From Dechloromonas sp. (GTDB lineage: Bacteria; Pseudomonadota; Gammaproteobacteria; Burkholderiales; Rhodocyclaceae), in assembly GCA_008933675.1 (NCBI GenBank), contig WBUO01000001.1, positions 19,239-83,238 of the forward strand: a stretch of 64,000 nucleotides of DNA, in the 5' to 3' direction. A model generated the notes under the pieces. That model ran no database searches, was not told the DNA's origin, and saw only the letters and a list, made by a program, of their open reading frames with translations. Below are positions 1 to 9,751 of the stretch, in pieces. A program made the position numbers and the translations under genes. Each line of letters opens with the position of its first letter. Position 1 is the stretch's first letter.

Positions 1-1
1 C

Positions 2-40
2 AAGGATGGCGACGTGCTGAACTTCCTGTTCAACGTCTAA
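2..40 (+). CDS. ychF: 3' end of redox-regulated ATPase YchF (partial)
   Basis: Frame 2 reads KDGDVLNFLFNV*, matching the conserved YchF C-terminus (xDGDVxxFxFNV). Only 12 codons are visible. Confidence 0.7.
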   Translation, partial: KDGDVLNFLFNV

Positions 41-69
41 GGCACACACCGAGGAACGGACTCACGCCA

Positions 70-1824
70 ATGGCGCAGCCAGCCCCTCCGACCGGATCAC
101 CGGACAGCCACGGCGGACAGTTCCCCCTGTCCTCGGCCGTGCTGTGGCGCGCCTACGAACACAGCCACGAGGCGGTGCTGGTTTCCGACGGCAACAACCG
201 CATCATTGCCGTCAACGCCGCCTTCACGCGGCTCACCGGCTACACCGCCGCCGAGGTGCTCGGCCAGAATCCGCGCATCCTGTCCTCGGGCAACGCCGGC
301 CCCGAGTTCTATGCGGCAATGTGGCAGGCACTGGCGCAGTTCGATCTCTGGGAAGGCGAGATCTGGGACAAACGCAAGGACGGCAGCCTGTATCCGAAAT
401 GGCTGTGCATCTCGGTCGTGCGCAATGCCGCCGGCCAGGTCGAGAACTACGTCGCCAACTTCACCGACATCAGCGTCAGCAAACAGGCGGCCGACCGCCT
501 GGCGCAGCTGGCCTACCACGATGCGCTGACCCACCTGCCCAACCGCCTGGCTTTCGAATCGCAACTGGCTCACGCTCTGCGCGTCTGCGAGCGGGAGGGC
601 CGGCAGCTGGCGCTGATGCTGATTGATCTCGACAACTTCAAGAACATCAACGACACGCTCGGCCACCACATCGGCGACACGCTGCTGCAGCAGGTTGCCG
701 GCCGCCTGCGTGAGTCGGTACGCGCCAGCGACCTCGTCGCCCGCCTCGGCGGCGACGAATTCGTTGTCGTCCTGCCGGAGATCGACGGCCCGCTGACTGC
801 CGCCCGCGTCGCCGACAAGATCCAGCAATCGCTGTCCGAAAACTACCGGGTGGACGAACACCTGCTGTACACCACGCCGAGCATCGGCATCAGCCTCTTC
901 CCCGGCGATGGCACCGACGGCGGCGTACTGCTGCGCAATGCCGATTCGGCGATGTATCACGCCAAGAGCGTCGGTCGCAACAATCACCAGTTCTACGCCA
1001 GCCGGATGAATGCGGCGGCCAACGAGCGCCTGCAGATGGAAAACGCCCTGCGCCAGGCGATCGCCAGCATCGGCCTGCCGGAAAGCTGCCAGTTCGCGCT
1101 GCACTTCCAGCCGCAGATCGCCGCCCGCAGCGGCCGCGTCATCGGACTGGAAGCCCTGCTGCGCTGGAATTCGCCGCAGCTCGGTGCCATCTCGCCGCTG
1201 CGCTTCATCCCGATCGCCGAGGAAACCGGGCTGATCCAGCCCCTCGGCGACTGGGTCGTCTGGGAAAGCTGCCGGCTGATCCATCAATTGCAGCAACTCG
1301 GACTCGGCGACATCCGCGTCGCCATCAACATCTCGGCCCAGCAACTGCGCCACGAGAACCTGCTGTTGCTGGTCCGCGGCGCCCTGGCCTGCTACGAACT
1401 GGAGCCACGGGCGATCGAACTGGAGATCACCGAAACGACGGCGATGCAGAATCCGGAAACGACGCTGAACATCCTTGATCAGCTGGCGGCGATGGGCGTC
1501 AAGCTGGCCATCGACGACTTCGGCACCGGCCATTCCTCGCTGGCCTATCTGAAACACCTGCCGATCAAGCGCCTGAAGCTCGACCGTTCCTTCGTCAGCG
1601 ACATCGAGACCGATGCCAACGACGCCTCGATCTGCGCCGCCATCATCGCCCTCGGCCACAACCTCGGCCTCGAACTGGTTGCCGAAGGCGTCGAGACGGC
1701 AATGCAGAGCGAGTTTCTCAGCCGCCTCGGCTGCGACTACCTGCAAGGCTTCCTGTACAGCAAACCGCTACCCTTCGCCGAGATCGTCGCCTACCTGCAG
1801 GCGCCGCCAACGCTCAGCGCATGA
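70..1824 (+). CDS. PAS-GGDEF-EAL diguanylate cyclase/phosphodiesterase
   Basis: N-terminal PAS/PAC, LAYHDALTHLPNR, RASD I-site, GGDEF, EAL and DDFGTGHSSL motifs are all intact. Confidence 0.93.
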   Translation: MAQPAPPTGSPDSHGGQFPLSSAVLWRAYEHSHEAVLVSDGNNRIIAVNAAFTRLTGYTAAEVLGQNPRILSSGNAGPEFYAAMWQALAQFDLWEGEIWDKRKDGSLYPKWLCISVVRNAAGQVENYVANFTDISVSKQAADRLAQLAYHDALTHLPNRLAFESQLAHALRVCEREGRQLALMLIDLDNFKNINDTLGHHIGDTLLQQVAGRLRESVRASDLVARLGGDEFVVVLPEIDGPLTAARVADKIQQSLSENYRVDEHLLYTTPSIGISLFPGDGTDGGVLLRNADSAMYHAKSVGRNNHQFYASRMNAAANERLQMENALRQAIASIGLPESCQFALHFQPQIAARSGRVIGLEALLRWNSPQLGAISPLRFIPIAEETGLIQPLGDWVVWESCRLIHQLQQLGLGDIRVAINISAQQLRHENLLLLVRGALACYELEPRAIELEITETTAMQNPETTLNILDQLAAMGVKLAIDDFGTGHSSLAYLKHLPIKRLKLDRSFVSDIETDANDASICAAIIALGHNLGLELVAEGVETAMQSEFLSRLGCDYLQGFLYSKPLPFAEIVAYLQAPPTLSA

Positions 1825-3313
1825 CCGATCCCCACTCGGTCTCGAAATAGCGCACCAGCACCTGATTGTTCAAGCGGTTGACCTCAGCCGGCAGACGCGC
1901 CATGTCGGCCGGAAACTGGAACAGGGCGGCCGTCGTTTCCGGTGTCAGGAAACGGGTTTTCTGCGCATCGATGACCGGCGGCACATAGTTGTCGCGCCCG
2001 GCGATGATGAAGCCCCACTCCCCGAAGGAAGGCACCAGGGCATGATACGGCGCTGTCTTCAGGCCGACATCCTCGAGCGTCGCCACCACGCACCAGAAGG
2101 ACTGCCGGGCATAGAGCGGCGAGGTGGACTGGACGACGATGCGGCCGCGTGCCGCCAGGCGCTTCTCCAGCAAGCGGTAGAAGGCCGAGCTGTACAGCTT
2201 GCCGAGCGTGAAGTTGGCCGGATCGGGAAAGTCCACCACGACGAAATCGTAGAAATCCTCGCTGGATTCCAGCCAGCTCAGCGCGTCGGCATTGACCACC
2301 CGCACCTTCGGCGAAGTCAGCGCCCCGCCGTTCAGCGCCACCAGCGGCGGTGCCGTAGAGAACAGGCGGGTCATGGCCGGATCGAGATCGACCACGGTCA
2401 CCGACTCGACCTGCGGATACTTGAGGATTTCACGTACGGCCAGACCGTCGCCGCCGCCCAGCACCAGTACGCGCCGCGCGCCGGGCAGACTGGCCAGCCC
2501 CGGATGGACCAGCGCCTCGTGATAGCGGTACTCGTCCAGCGACGAGAACTGCAGGTTGTTGTTCAGATGCAGGCGCAGGTCGTCGCGCCAGCGGGTGACG
2601 ACGATGCGCTGGTAGGGAGAGCTCTCGGCGTAGACGATGTCGTCGGCGTACACCGACGCTTCGGCCAGCGTCGTCAGTTGCCCGGCCCCGGCAAAGCCGC
2701 CGACGAGGATGGCGAATACCGCCCAGCACTGGGCCGCCAGCCAGCGCCTTGACGGCAGGTGCGCGCGGAACAGGTGCAATGCCCACAGCGCGATGGCGAC
2801 ATTGAGCAGGCCGAACAGCAGCGCCGTGCGGACCATGCCCAGATGCGGCGCGAGCATCAGGGGAAAGAGGATGGAAACTGCCAGCGCGCCGAGGTAATCA
2901 AAAGTGAGCACCTGCGACACCAGCTCGCGGAAATCCAGTTCGCGCTTCAGGATGCGCATGACCAGCGGAATTTCCAGGCCGACCAGGACGCCGACGCCGA
3001 ACACCATCAGGTAGAGCACCAGGCGGAACGGCCCGGGCAGCCAGGTGAAGACGAGGAAGAGGCCGATCGCCGAAAAACCGCCGAGCAGACCGACCAGCAG
3101 TTCGATGCGGATGAAGCGGCCGATCAGGTCGCGGGTGATGTATTTGGACAACCAGGAGCCGACACCCATGGCGAACAGGTAGGTACCGATCACCGTCGAG
3201 AACTGCGTCACCGAATCGCCGAGCAGGTAGGAGGCAAGAGCCCCGGCAACCAGTTCGTAGGCCAGACCGCAGGAGGCGATGATGAAGACGGAGAACAGGA
3301 GGGCGTGGCGCAT
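1814..3313 (-). CDS. speE: Membrane-anchored polyamine aminopropyltransferase (spermidine synthase-like)
   Basis: Multi-TM N-terminal half followed by a spermine/spermidine synthase domain (LVLGGGDGLAVRE, VVDLD, VVDFPDP, STSP). Confidence 0.85.
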   Translation of the reverse strand: MRHALLFSVFIIASCGLAYELVAGALASYLLGDSVTQFSTVIGTYLFAMGVGSWLSKYITRDLIGRFIRIELLVGLLGGFSAIGLFLVFTWLPGPFRLVLYLMVFGVGVLVGLEIPLVMRILKRELDFRELVSQVLTFDYLGALAVSILFPLMLAPHLGMVRTALLFGLLNVAIALWALHLFRAHLPSRRWLAAQCWAVFAILVGGFAGAGQLTTLAEASVYADDIVYAESSPYQRIVVTRWRDDLRLHLNNNLQFSSLDEYRYHEALVHPGLASLPGARRVLVLGGGDGLAVREILKYPQVESVTVVDLDPAMTRLFSTAPPLVALNGGALTSPKVRVVNADALSWLESSEDFYDFVVVDFPDPANFTLGKLYSSAFYRLLEKRLAARGRIVVQSTSPLYARQSFWCVVATLEDVGLKTAPYHALVPSFGEWGFIIAGRDNYVPPVIDAQKTRFLTPETTAALFQFPADMARLPAEVNRLNNQVLVRYFETEWGSVMR

Positions 3314-3411
3314 GAGGGGCGATGCTACCGCGAAACGCCGGCGCCGTATGCCGCCGGGAACATCGGGACAGCGGCCCGGTCAGACGACAAACCCGAAGAC
3401 TGGACCCCCTC

Positions 3412-3978
3412 GTGCCGCCCCTCCGCCTGCCCTTGCTCCTGATGCTTGCCCTGCCCGTCCTGCCGGCGGGTGCCGCCGACTACGTCGTCGACCCCGAGCA
3501 CACCTACGCCCACTTCGAGATCGACCATCTCGGCTTCTCCACGCAACGCGGCCGCTTCAACCGAAGCTCCGGCAGCATCGCCTTCGATCCGGCAGCCCAA
3601 CAGGGCGCGCTGGAAATCCGCATTGACGCCGCATCGCTCGACACCGGGCTGACCGCCCGCGACGACATCCTGCGCGGTGAAAACTGGTTCAACGTACGCG
3701 ACTTTCCCGACATCCTGTTCCGCAGCCAGAACATGATCTTTGCCGGCGACCAGCCGCAGGCCGTGGACGGCACGCTGATCATGCTCGGCGAAGCGCGACC
3801 GTTGCGCCTCGCGATCAGCCGCTTCAAGTGCGGCTTCAACCTCGCCAGGCGCCAGCGCGGTTGCGGTGCCGATGCCGAAGGGGTGCTCAAGCGCAGCGAT
3901 TTCGGCCTGCATAACGGCATTCCCTTCGTCGGGGACGAAGTGCGCCTGCGCATCCAGGTCGAGGCCTATCTGCGATGA
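3412..3978 (+). CDS. YceI family periplasmic lipid/polyisoprenoid-binding protein
   Basis: Signal peptide then YVVDPEHT...HLGFSTQRGRF...LKRSDFGL...VGDEVRLRIQVEA. GTG start at 3412 is inferred. Confidence 0.85.
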   Translation: MPPLRLPLLLMLALPVLPAGAADYVVDPEHTYAHFEIDHLGFSTQRGRFNRSSGSIAFDPAAQQGALEIRIDAASLDTGLTARDDILRGENWFNVRDFPDILFRSQNMIFAGDQPQAVDGTLIMLGEARPLRLAISRFKCGFNLARRQRGCGADAEGVLKRSDFGLHNGIPFVGDEVRLRIQVEAYLR

Positions 3979-4058
3979 GCGACAGGCGCGCAAAAGCGCG
4001 CGCCGATGGCCGCTTTCTGCGAAAATAGCAGCCCTTTTTGCCGCTCCCGGAAGACCCC

Positions 4059-5180
4059 ATGCCCCCTCATCCCGCCATCGCCAGCACCGCCGAGATCGTC
4101 GCCGAACTCAAGGCCGGCCGCATGGTCATCCTGGTCGATGAAGAAGACCGCGAGAACGAGGGCGACCTCGTCATGGCCGCCGAACACATCACGCCGGAAG
4201 CCATCAATTTCATGGCCAAGTACGGCCGCGGCCTGGTCTGCCTGACACTGACCGAAGCCCGCTGCAAGAAACTCGGCCTGACCCAGATGGCGCGCAACAA
4301 CGGCACCGTCTACGGCACCGCCTTCACCGTCTCGATCGAAGCCGCCGAGGGCGTCACCACGGGCATCTCGGCCGCCGACCGGGCGCGCACGATCCAGGTC
4401 GCCGTGGCCAAGAACGCCAGCGCCGACGACATCGTGCAGCCCGGCCACGTCTTCCCGATCACCGCCCGCGAAGGAGGCGTGCTGGTCCGTGCCGGCCACA
4501 CCGAAGCCGGCTGCGACCTGGCCGGCATGGCCGGCCTGGAACCTGCCTCGGTGATCTGCGAGATCATGAACGACGACGGCACCATGGCCCGCCTGCCCGA
4601 GCTGATCGAGTTCGCCAAGGAACACGGCCTGAAGATCGGCACCATCGCCGATCTGATCCATTACCGCGCCGCCTCCGAGAAGCTCATCGAACGCGTCGTC
4701 AGCAAGCCGGTCGCCACGCCGCACGGCGAATTCATGCTGCACGCCTATGTCGACCGGGCCAGCGGCGCCACCCATCTGGCCCTGGTCAAGGGCCAGATTC
4801 CTGCCGGCGGCGAAACCCTGGTGCGCGTCCATGAACCGCTGTCGGTGCTCGACTTCCTCGATCCGTCGAGCAAGCAGCAATCCTTCTCGATCGACGAAGC
4901 CCAGGCAGCGCTCGCCAAGTACGGCCATGGCGTCATCGTGCTGATGCACCGCCCGGAAGACAGCGAGGCACTGCTCACCCGGCTGACCGGCCAGAACACC
5001 GCCAACGCACCGCGCGCCCAGCAGAAATGGGACCCGCGCACCTACGGCATCGGCGCCCAGATCCTGCGCGATGTCGGCGTCGGCAAGATGCGCCTGCTCT
5101 CCAGCCCGCGCAAGATGCCCTCCATGACCGGCTTCGATCTCGAAGTCACCGGTTTCGTCACTTCTCCCGCGGAGCTCTGA
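4059..5180 (+). CDS. ribB: 3,4-dihydroxy-2-butanone-4-phosphate synthase fused to a degenerate GTP cyclohydrolase II-like domain (RibBA/RibBX type)
   Basis: [19 protein letters not shown] and RAGHTEA motifs. The C-terminal domain has LVRVHEP but no zinc-binding Cys triad. Confidence 0.92.
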   Translation: MPPHPAIASTAEIVAELKAGRMVILVDEEDRENEGDLVMAAEHITPEAINFMAKYGRGLVCLTLTEARCKKLGLTQMARNNGTVYGTAFTVSIEAAEGVTTGISAADRARTIQVAVAKNASADDIVQPGHVFPITAREGGVLVRAGHTEAGCDLAGMAGLEPASVICEIMNDDGTMARLPELIEFAKEHGLKIGTIADLIHYRAASEKLIERVVSKPVATPHGEFMLHAYVDRASGATHLALVKGQIPAGGETLVRVHEPLSVLDFLDPSSKQQSFSIDEAQAALAKYGHGVIVLMHRPEDSEALLTRLTGQNTANAPRAQQKWDPRTYGIGAQILRDVGVGKMRLLSSPRKMPSMTGFDLEVTGFVTSPAEL

Positions 5181-5183
5181 ACC

Positions 5184-5657
5184 ATGTCCCGTTTCGACAA
5201 CGTCTACGAATACGACAACAACCTGAACGGCGCCGGCCTGCGCATCGGCGTCGTCATGAGCCGCTTCAACCTGCCCGTCTGCGAGGGCCTGCTCTCCGCC
5301 TGCATTACCGAGCTAAAGCGCCTCGGCGTCGCCGATGCCGACATGAGCATCGCCACCGTTCCCGGCGCCCTGGAAATTCCGCTGACCCTGCAGACCATGG
5401 CGCAGAGCGGCAGCTTCGATGCACTGATCGCCCTCGGCGCCGTCATCCGCGGCGAGACCTACCATTTCGAGGTGGTCTCCAACGATTCCTGCCGCGCCAT
5501 CATGGAAGTCCAGCTCGATACCGGCGTGCCGATCGCCAACGGCATCCTCACCTGCGAAAACGACGAACAGGCGGAAGTCCGCATGCAGCCCAAGGGAGCC
5601 GACTGCGCCCAGGCTGCCGTCGAGATGGCCAACCTTCAGAAAGCCCTGCTCCAATGA
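5184..5657 (+). CDS. ribH: 6,7-dimethyl-8-ribityllumazine synthase
   Basis: [12 protein letters not shown] and [12 protein letters not shown] motifs; follows ribB. Confidence 0.95.
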   Translation: MSRFDNVYEYDNNLNGAGLRIGVVMSRFNLPVCEGLLSACITELKRLGVADADMSIATVPGALEIPLTLQTMAQSGSFDALIALGAVIRGETYHFEVVSNDSCRAIMEVQLDTGVPIANGILTCENDEQAEVRMQPKGADCAQAAVEMANLQKALLQ

Positions 5658-6139
5658 CCACCTTCCTCAGCGACACCGAACACCCGGAAGAACCCAAGGC
5701 GCCGACCAAATCGGCCCGCCGCCGGGCTCGTGAATTCGTCCTCCAGGGGCTCTACCAGTGGCGCGTCGGCGGTGCCGACGAAGCCGCCATCGAGGCCTAC
5801 ACGCCGGAAATGGAAGACTTCGCCAAGGCCGACCGCGAGTTCTTCGTCGGCACGCTGCGCGGCGTCATCGGCCAGCAGGAAGCGCTGATCGCCCGCATCT
5901 CGACGCACATCGACCGCCCCTTCGGCGAACTCTCGCCGATCGAGGCCTGCGTGCTGATGCTCGGCAGCTTCGAACTGGCCAACCATCCGGAAACCCCCTA
6001 CCGCGTGGTCATCAACGAGGCCATCGAACTGGCCAAGGCCTTCGGCGGCACCGACGGCCACAAGTACGTCAATGGCGTGCTCGACAAGGTCGCCGGCGGC
6101 CTCCGTCCGGACGAAGTCGCCGCGCGCAAGAAGGAGTAA
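5654..6139 (+). CDS. nusB: Transcription antitermination factor NusB
   Basis: [18 protein letters not shown]...[31 protein letters not shown] overlap with ribH. Confidence 0.95.
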   Translation: MTTFLSDTEHPEEPKAPTKSARRRAREFVLQGLYQWRVGGADEAAIEAYTPEMEDFAKADREFFVGTLRGVIGQQEALIARISTHIDRPFGELSPIEACVLMLGSFELANHPETPYRVVINEAIELAKAFGGTDGHKYVNGVLDKVAGGLRPDEVAARKKE

Positions 6140-6143
6140 GGCG

Positions 6144-7112
6144 ATGGCCGGCGAGTTCGCGCTGATCGACCGCTACTTCGCCCGCCCGACCCCGTCGGCC
6201 GTGCTCGGTCCCGGCGACGACTGCGCACTGGTCCAGCCGACACCGGGCATGCAGCTGGCCGTGACCACCGACATGCTGGTCGAAGGCACGCATTTCCTGC
6301 CCGGCACCGATCCGAAGAACCTCGGCTGGAAGACGCTGGCCGTCAATCTCTCCGACCTCGCCGCGATGGGTGCCCGGCCGCGCTGGGTAACCCTGGCCGG
6401 CGCCATGCCGGCCGCCGAGGAAGCGTGGATCGCCGCCTTCGCCGACGGCTTCTTCGCCTGTGCTGCCGAATATGGCGTCGACGTGATCGGCGGCGACACC
6501 ACGCGCGGCCCGTTGAATCTGTGCGTCACGGCGCTCGGCGAGATCGAACCGGGCCGTGCGCTGCGCCGCGATGGCGCCCGGGCAGGTGACCAGATCTGGG
6601 TTTCCGGCCGTCCCGGCCTGGCCGCCCTCGGGCTGGCGCAACTGCAGGGGCGGATCGAATTGCCGCAACCCTGGCCAAAGCTGTGCATCGCCGCACTCGA
6701 AAAGCCGCGCCCGCGCGTCGCCCTCGGTCAGGCCCTGGCCGGCATCGCCAGCGCCGCCATCGACGTCTCCGACGGCCTGCTCGCCGATCTCGGCCACATT
6801 GCCGAACGTTCGGGCTGCGCTGCCGCCGTCCGCCTGGTCCAGCTGCCGCACCTGCCCAAGGGCGACACCTACGATGCCGTGCTGCGCAAGCTGGCGCTGG
6901 AATGCCAGCTGGCCGGCGGTGACGACTACGAACTGTGCTTCACGGCACCCGGCACGCACAGCCTGGCCATCGCCCGCATCGCCGCCGAGATGGAGCTGCC
7001 GCTGTGGTGCATCGGCGAAATGACTGCCGGCCCGGCCGGCGACGTCACCGTCTTCGATCCGGACGGCCTGCCGGTCGCGTTCGAACGCAGGGGTTTCGAC
7101 CATTTTGGCTGA
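6144..7112 (+). CDS. thiL: Thiamine-monophosphate kinase
   Basis: GEFALIDRYF, GPGDDCA, NLSDLAAMGA, DVSDGLLADL and GGDDYELCFT motifs. Confidence 0.95.
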   Translation: MAGEFALIDRYFARPTPSAVLGPGDDCALVQPTPGMQLAVTTDMLVEGTHFLPGTDPKNLGWKTLAVNLSDLAAMGARPRWVTLAGAMPAAEEAWIAAFADGFFACAAEYGVDVIGGDTTRGPLNLCVTALGEIEPGRALRRDGARAGDQIWVSGRPGLAALGLAQLQGRIELPQPWPKLCIAALEKPRPRVALGQALAGIASAAIDVSDGLLADLGHIAERSGCAAAVRLVQLPHLPKGDTYDAVLRKLALECQLAGGDDYELCFTAPGTHSLAIARIAAEMELPLWCIGEMTAGPAGDVTVFDPDGLPVAFERRGFDHFG

Positions 7113-7599
7113 GCAAATCCGCCGCCCGGACCTCCGCTTCCTGCTCGCCCATCCGGCGCATTTCCTGGCCCTCGGCTGCGGCAGCGGCCTCGCCCCGAAG
7201 GCGCCCGGGACCTTCGGCACGCTGTTCGCGTGGGGCAGCTTCCTGCTCTTCCGCCCCTACTTCGGCGATTTCCAGCTGCTCTTCCTGTTCGCTGCCGCCT
7301 ACCTTGGCGGCATCTGGTTCATCGAGGTCACCGGCCGGGCGCTCGGCGACCCCGACCACGGCAGCATCGTCTGGGATGAAATCGTCCCCTTCTGGCTGAT
7401 CCTGCTGCTGACGCCGGATACTTTCTACTGGCAGCTGGCGGCCTTCATGCTGTTCCGCTGGTTCGACATCACCAAGCCACAGCCGGCCCGCTACTTCGAC
7501 CAGCACGTCAAGAACGGCTTCGGCGTCATGGCCGACGACCTGGTCGCCGCCGGCTACACGCTGCTCTGTCTGGCCCTGCTCAAGATCGTTCTCGCCTGA
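7105..7599 (+). CDS. pgpA: Phosphatidylglycerophosphatase A
   Basis: GSGLAPKAPGTFGT, IVWDEI and GFGVMADDLVA motifs; canonical thiL-pgpA order. Confidence 0.93.
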   Translation: MAEQIRRPDLRFLLAHPAHFLALGCGSGLAPKAPGTFGTLFAWGSFLLFRPYFGDFQLLFLFAAAYLGGIWFIEVTGRALGDPDHGSIVWDEIVPFWLILLLTPDTFYWQLAAFMLFRWFDITKPQPARYFDQHVKNGFGVMADDLVAAGYTLLCLALLKIVLA

Positions 7600-7653
7600 C
7601 GCCGCCGCCGGAGCGGCATAGAATGGACGCATCACTTCCGCGGGAGCGTCGTC

Positions 7654-7932
7654 ATGAGCCACAAGCACGCCCATCTGATGCGCAGCATCTTCCAGGATCC
7701 GCCACCGGCCAACATTCACTGGCGCGAAGTCGAGTCCCTGCTCCACCACCTCGGCGCCGAGGTCGAACCGGCGCACGGTGCCCGCTTCAAGATCACGCTG
7801 AACCGCGTCGAGGGCTTCCTGCATCATCCGCATAACAGCAGCACCTGCTCGCGCACCGACATCAAGGCCCTGCGCGATGTGCTGACCCATGCCGGCATCA
7901 CGCTGGCGCGTTACGAAACCGGCGAGCCGTAA
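7654..7932 (+). CDS. HicA-family small protein (no adjacent hicB)
   Basis: 92 aa; IFQDPPPANIHWREVESLLHHLGAEV...GARFKI...LHHPH resembles the HicA dsRBD-like fold. Confidence 0.65.
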   Translation: MSHKHAHLMRSIFQDPPPANIHWREVESLLHHLGAEVEPAHGARFKITLNRVEGFLHHPHNSSTCSRTDIKALRDVLTHAGITLARYETGEP

Positions 7933-7939
7933 GCTTCCG

Positions 7940-8380
7940 TCAGGCAACGGGGGCCAGCAGATAGCACTCGAGTTGCTGGTCGTACTCGGTGAAATGGCTA
8001 CGCAGGTCAGCCAGTACCTCGTCGATGCCGATAATGGCGTGCACACAGTTACCGTCGGCGGAAAGCTCGACGCGGATTCCCTTCAGGCGCTCGGCAATCG
8101 CCATATGGGCACGGTTGTGGGCCCGCCGATGCTCGTCCGGCACGTAGTCCTCCATGTAAACGGACTCCATCAGGTTATGCTTGAGGGTGGCTTCGACGAA
8201 GGCACGAACCAGCTGTTCGACGTTGCTGCGACAGAACTCCCGCTGATCGCTGCGGCAGCCGCCGCAGTTGTCGACCGTGGAGCGCTGGTCGCACAAGGCC
8301 TGTATCCGGTGGATCAGCCCGATCATGTCGTCATGATCGCGATGCATTCTTTGCACGGCCTGTTCACGAATCTGCAGCAT
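7940..8380 (-). CDS. Single-domain hemerythrin-like protein with a Cys-rich insert
   Basis: Hemerythrin ligand pattern H...HxxxE...HxxxH...HxxxxD (HRDH, HNLME, HNRAH, HFTEYD). Start at MLQIRE is inferred. Confidence 0.75.
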   Translation of the reverse strand: MLQIREQAVQRMHRDHDDMIGLIHRIQALCDQRSTVDNCGGCRSDQREFCRSNVEQLVRAFVEATLKHNLMESVYMEDYVPDEHRRAHNRAHMAIAERLKGIRVELSADGNCVHAIIGIDEVLADLRSHFTEYDQQLECYLLAPVA

Positions 8381-8554
8381 GCACATCTCCCAATGACGAA
8401 CGAGGAACCAGCGACGGGAAAGGCCAGGGCTGTCGCCGGACAGGTTTACAGGGGCAGCAGGGCAAGCGACGTAACGATATGCAGCGTTTCCGGGGGTGTC
8501 GTAAAGACTGGCAAAACGGCACAAAGTTCCGCCATGCGGACGATGGCAAGCCCC

Positions 8555-9412
8555 TTAAGGCAACGGGCCGGCAAGCCGCTCGAAAGACTGCAGGCGCACA
8601 TCCACGGTCAGCGACAGGCTGCTCAGGGCGGCGGCCCGGGCCCGTCCCGCGGCACTGGCCCGATAGAGATGCGGCGTCATCGTCAGCAGATCGGCGATCT
8701 GCCCGGCGTCGTCGAGGTGCAGCCGATAACTGAGCGTCTCGCTGGCGACGCCGGCGAACCCCGGCGGCGCTGCCGCCTCGGCCGGCCGCTCGCGGCGCGG
8801 CTCGGCGTAGATGATCTCGCGCAATTCCCGTAGATGACCGGGCCCGGCATCGACGCGCAGCAATCTGCCACCCGGCCTGAGCACCCGGGCGAACTCGCCA
8901 TCGACAGGAAAGCCGAACAGGCACAGCAGGCGATCGACACTACCCGCCAGTACCGGCAGATTGGCATTGCTGCCGACCACCCAGGTTGCCCGCCGCTCGC
9001 GTTTGGCGGCTGCCTGCACCGCCCATTTCGAGATATCGAGACCAAGCGTCGCCATGCGCTGCCCGGCCCCGAGGGCTTCACCCAGGCGGGCAAGGTAGTA
9101 GCCCTCGCCGCAACCGGCATCCAGACAGCTGAAAGCAGCCTGCGCCGCCAGCCCGTCGAGCGTCATGCGGCTCACCGCCGCGGCGATCGGCGCGTAATGC
9201 CCGGCAGCCAGAAAGCGGCGGCGGGCGGCCACCATCTCCCGGCTGTCGCCGGGATCGCGCGACCGCTTGTACTGGACCGGCAGCAGATGGACGTAGCCCT
9301 GGCTGGCGATGTCGAAACTGTGCCCACTCCCGCAGCGCCACGCACCGGCTGCTGCTTGCAAAGGTTCGCCGTCCAGAGGACAGGCCAAGGCGGGAAAGGA
9401 AACGAGGTTCAT
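8555..9412 (-). CDS. rlmA: RlmA-like 23S rRNA m1G methyltransferase
   Basis: N-terminal Zn finger (CPLD...C..GHSFD), LDAGCGEGYY SAM motif and MTPH tail. Confidence 0.8.
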   Translation of the reverse strand: MNLVSFPALACPLDGEPLQAAAGAWRCGSGHSFDIASQGYVHLLPVQYKRSRDPGDSREMVAARRRFLAAGHYAPIAAAVSRMTLDGLAAQAAFSCLDAGCGEGYYLARLGEALGAGQRMATLGLDISKWAVQAAAKRERRATWVVGSNANLPVLAGSVDRLLCLFGFPVDGEFARVLRPGGRLLRVDAGPGHLRELREIIYAEPRRERPAEAAAPPGFAGVASETLSYRLHLDDAGQIADLLTMTPHLYRASAAGRARAAALSSLSLTVDVRLQSFERLAGPLP

Positions 9413-9751
9413 GAATGGATATCTGGATTTGCCGACAGCAACCGGCCAAAGGAGATCGATACAGTATCAAAGCTGCCATCCTGACCGGAACAGACAATTT
9501 TGTTCCGCCATCGGGATGTGCCCGCCCATCCCCTTCGGCAAGCAAATAAATCTCGAAAATTGCGCAAAAATCACAAATTCAAGATCACAATATCCGGTGA
9601 TTTTCTGGCCAGGACTCTCGCGCCGGTCATGATGAATGGTTACACTTCCCGCCCGGGATGCTGAGCGGAAGGCGCCGCCTGATGCCAACATGGCCGGTTG
9701 AGGCGAAGACGCTCCGGCAAGTTGCCGGAACGGGCAAAGAGGACAGGGCAA

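Noticed and set aside
3979-4058. FMN riboswitch upstream of ribB
   Set aside because: The gap is only 80 bp and contains no RFN conserved motifs.
9600-9751. Possible c-di-GMP riboswitch before the protease gene
   Set aside because: A GGCAAA is present, but I could not build the paired GGCAAA/GACGCAAA two-stem architecture; an Rfam scan would decide.
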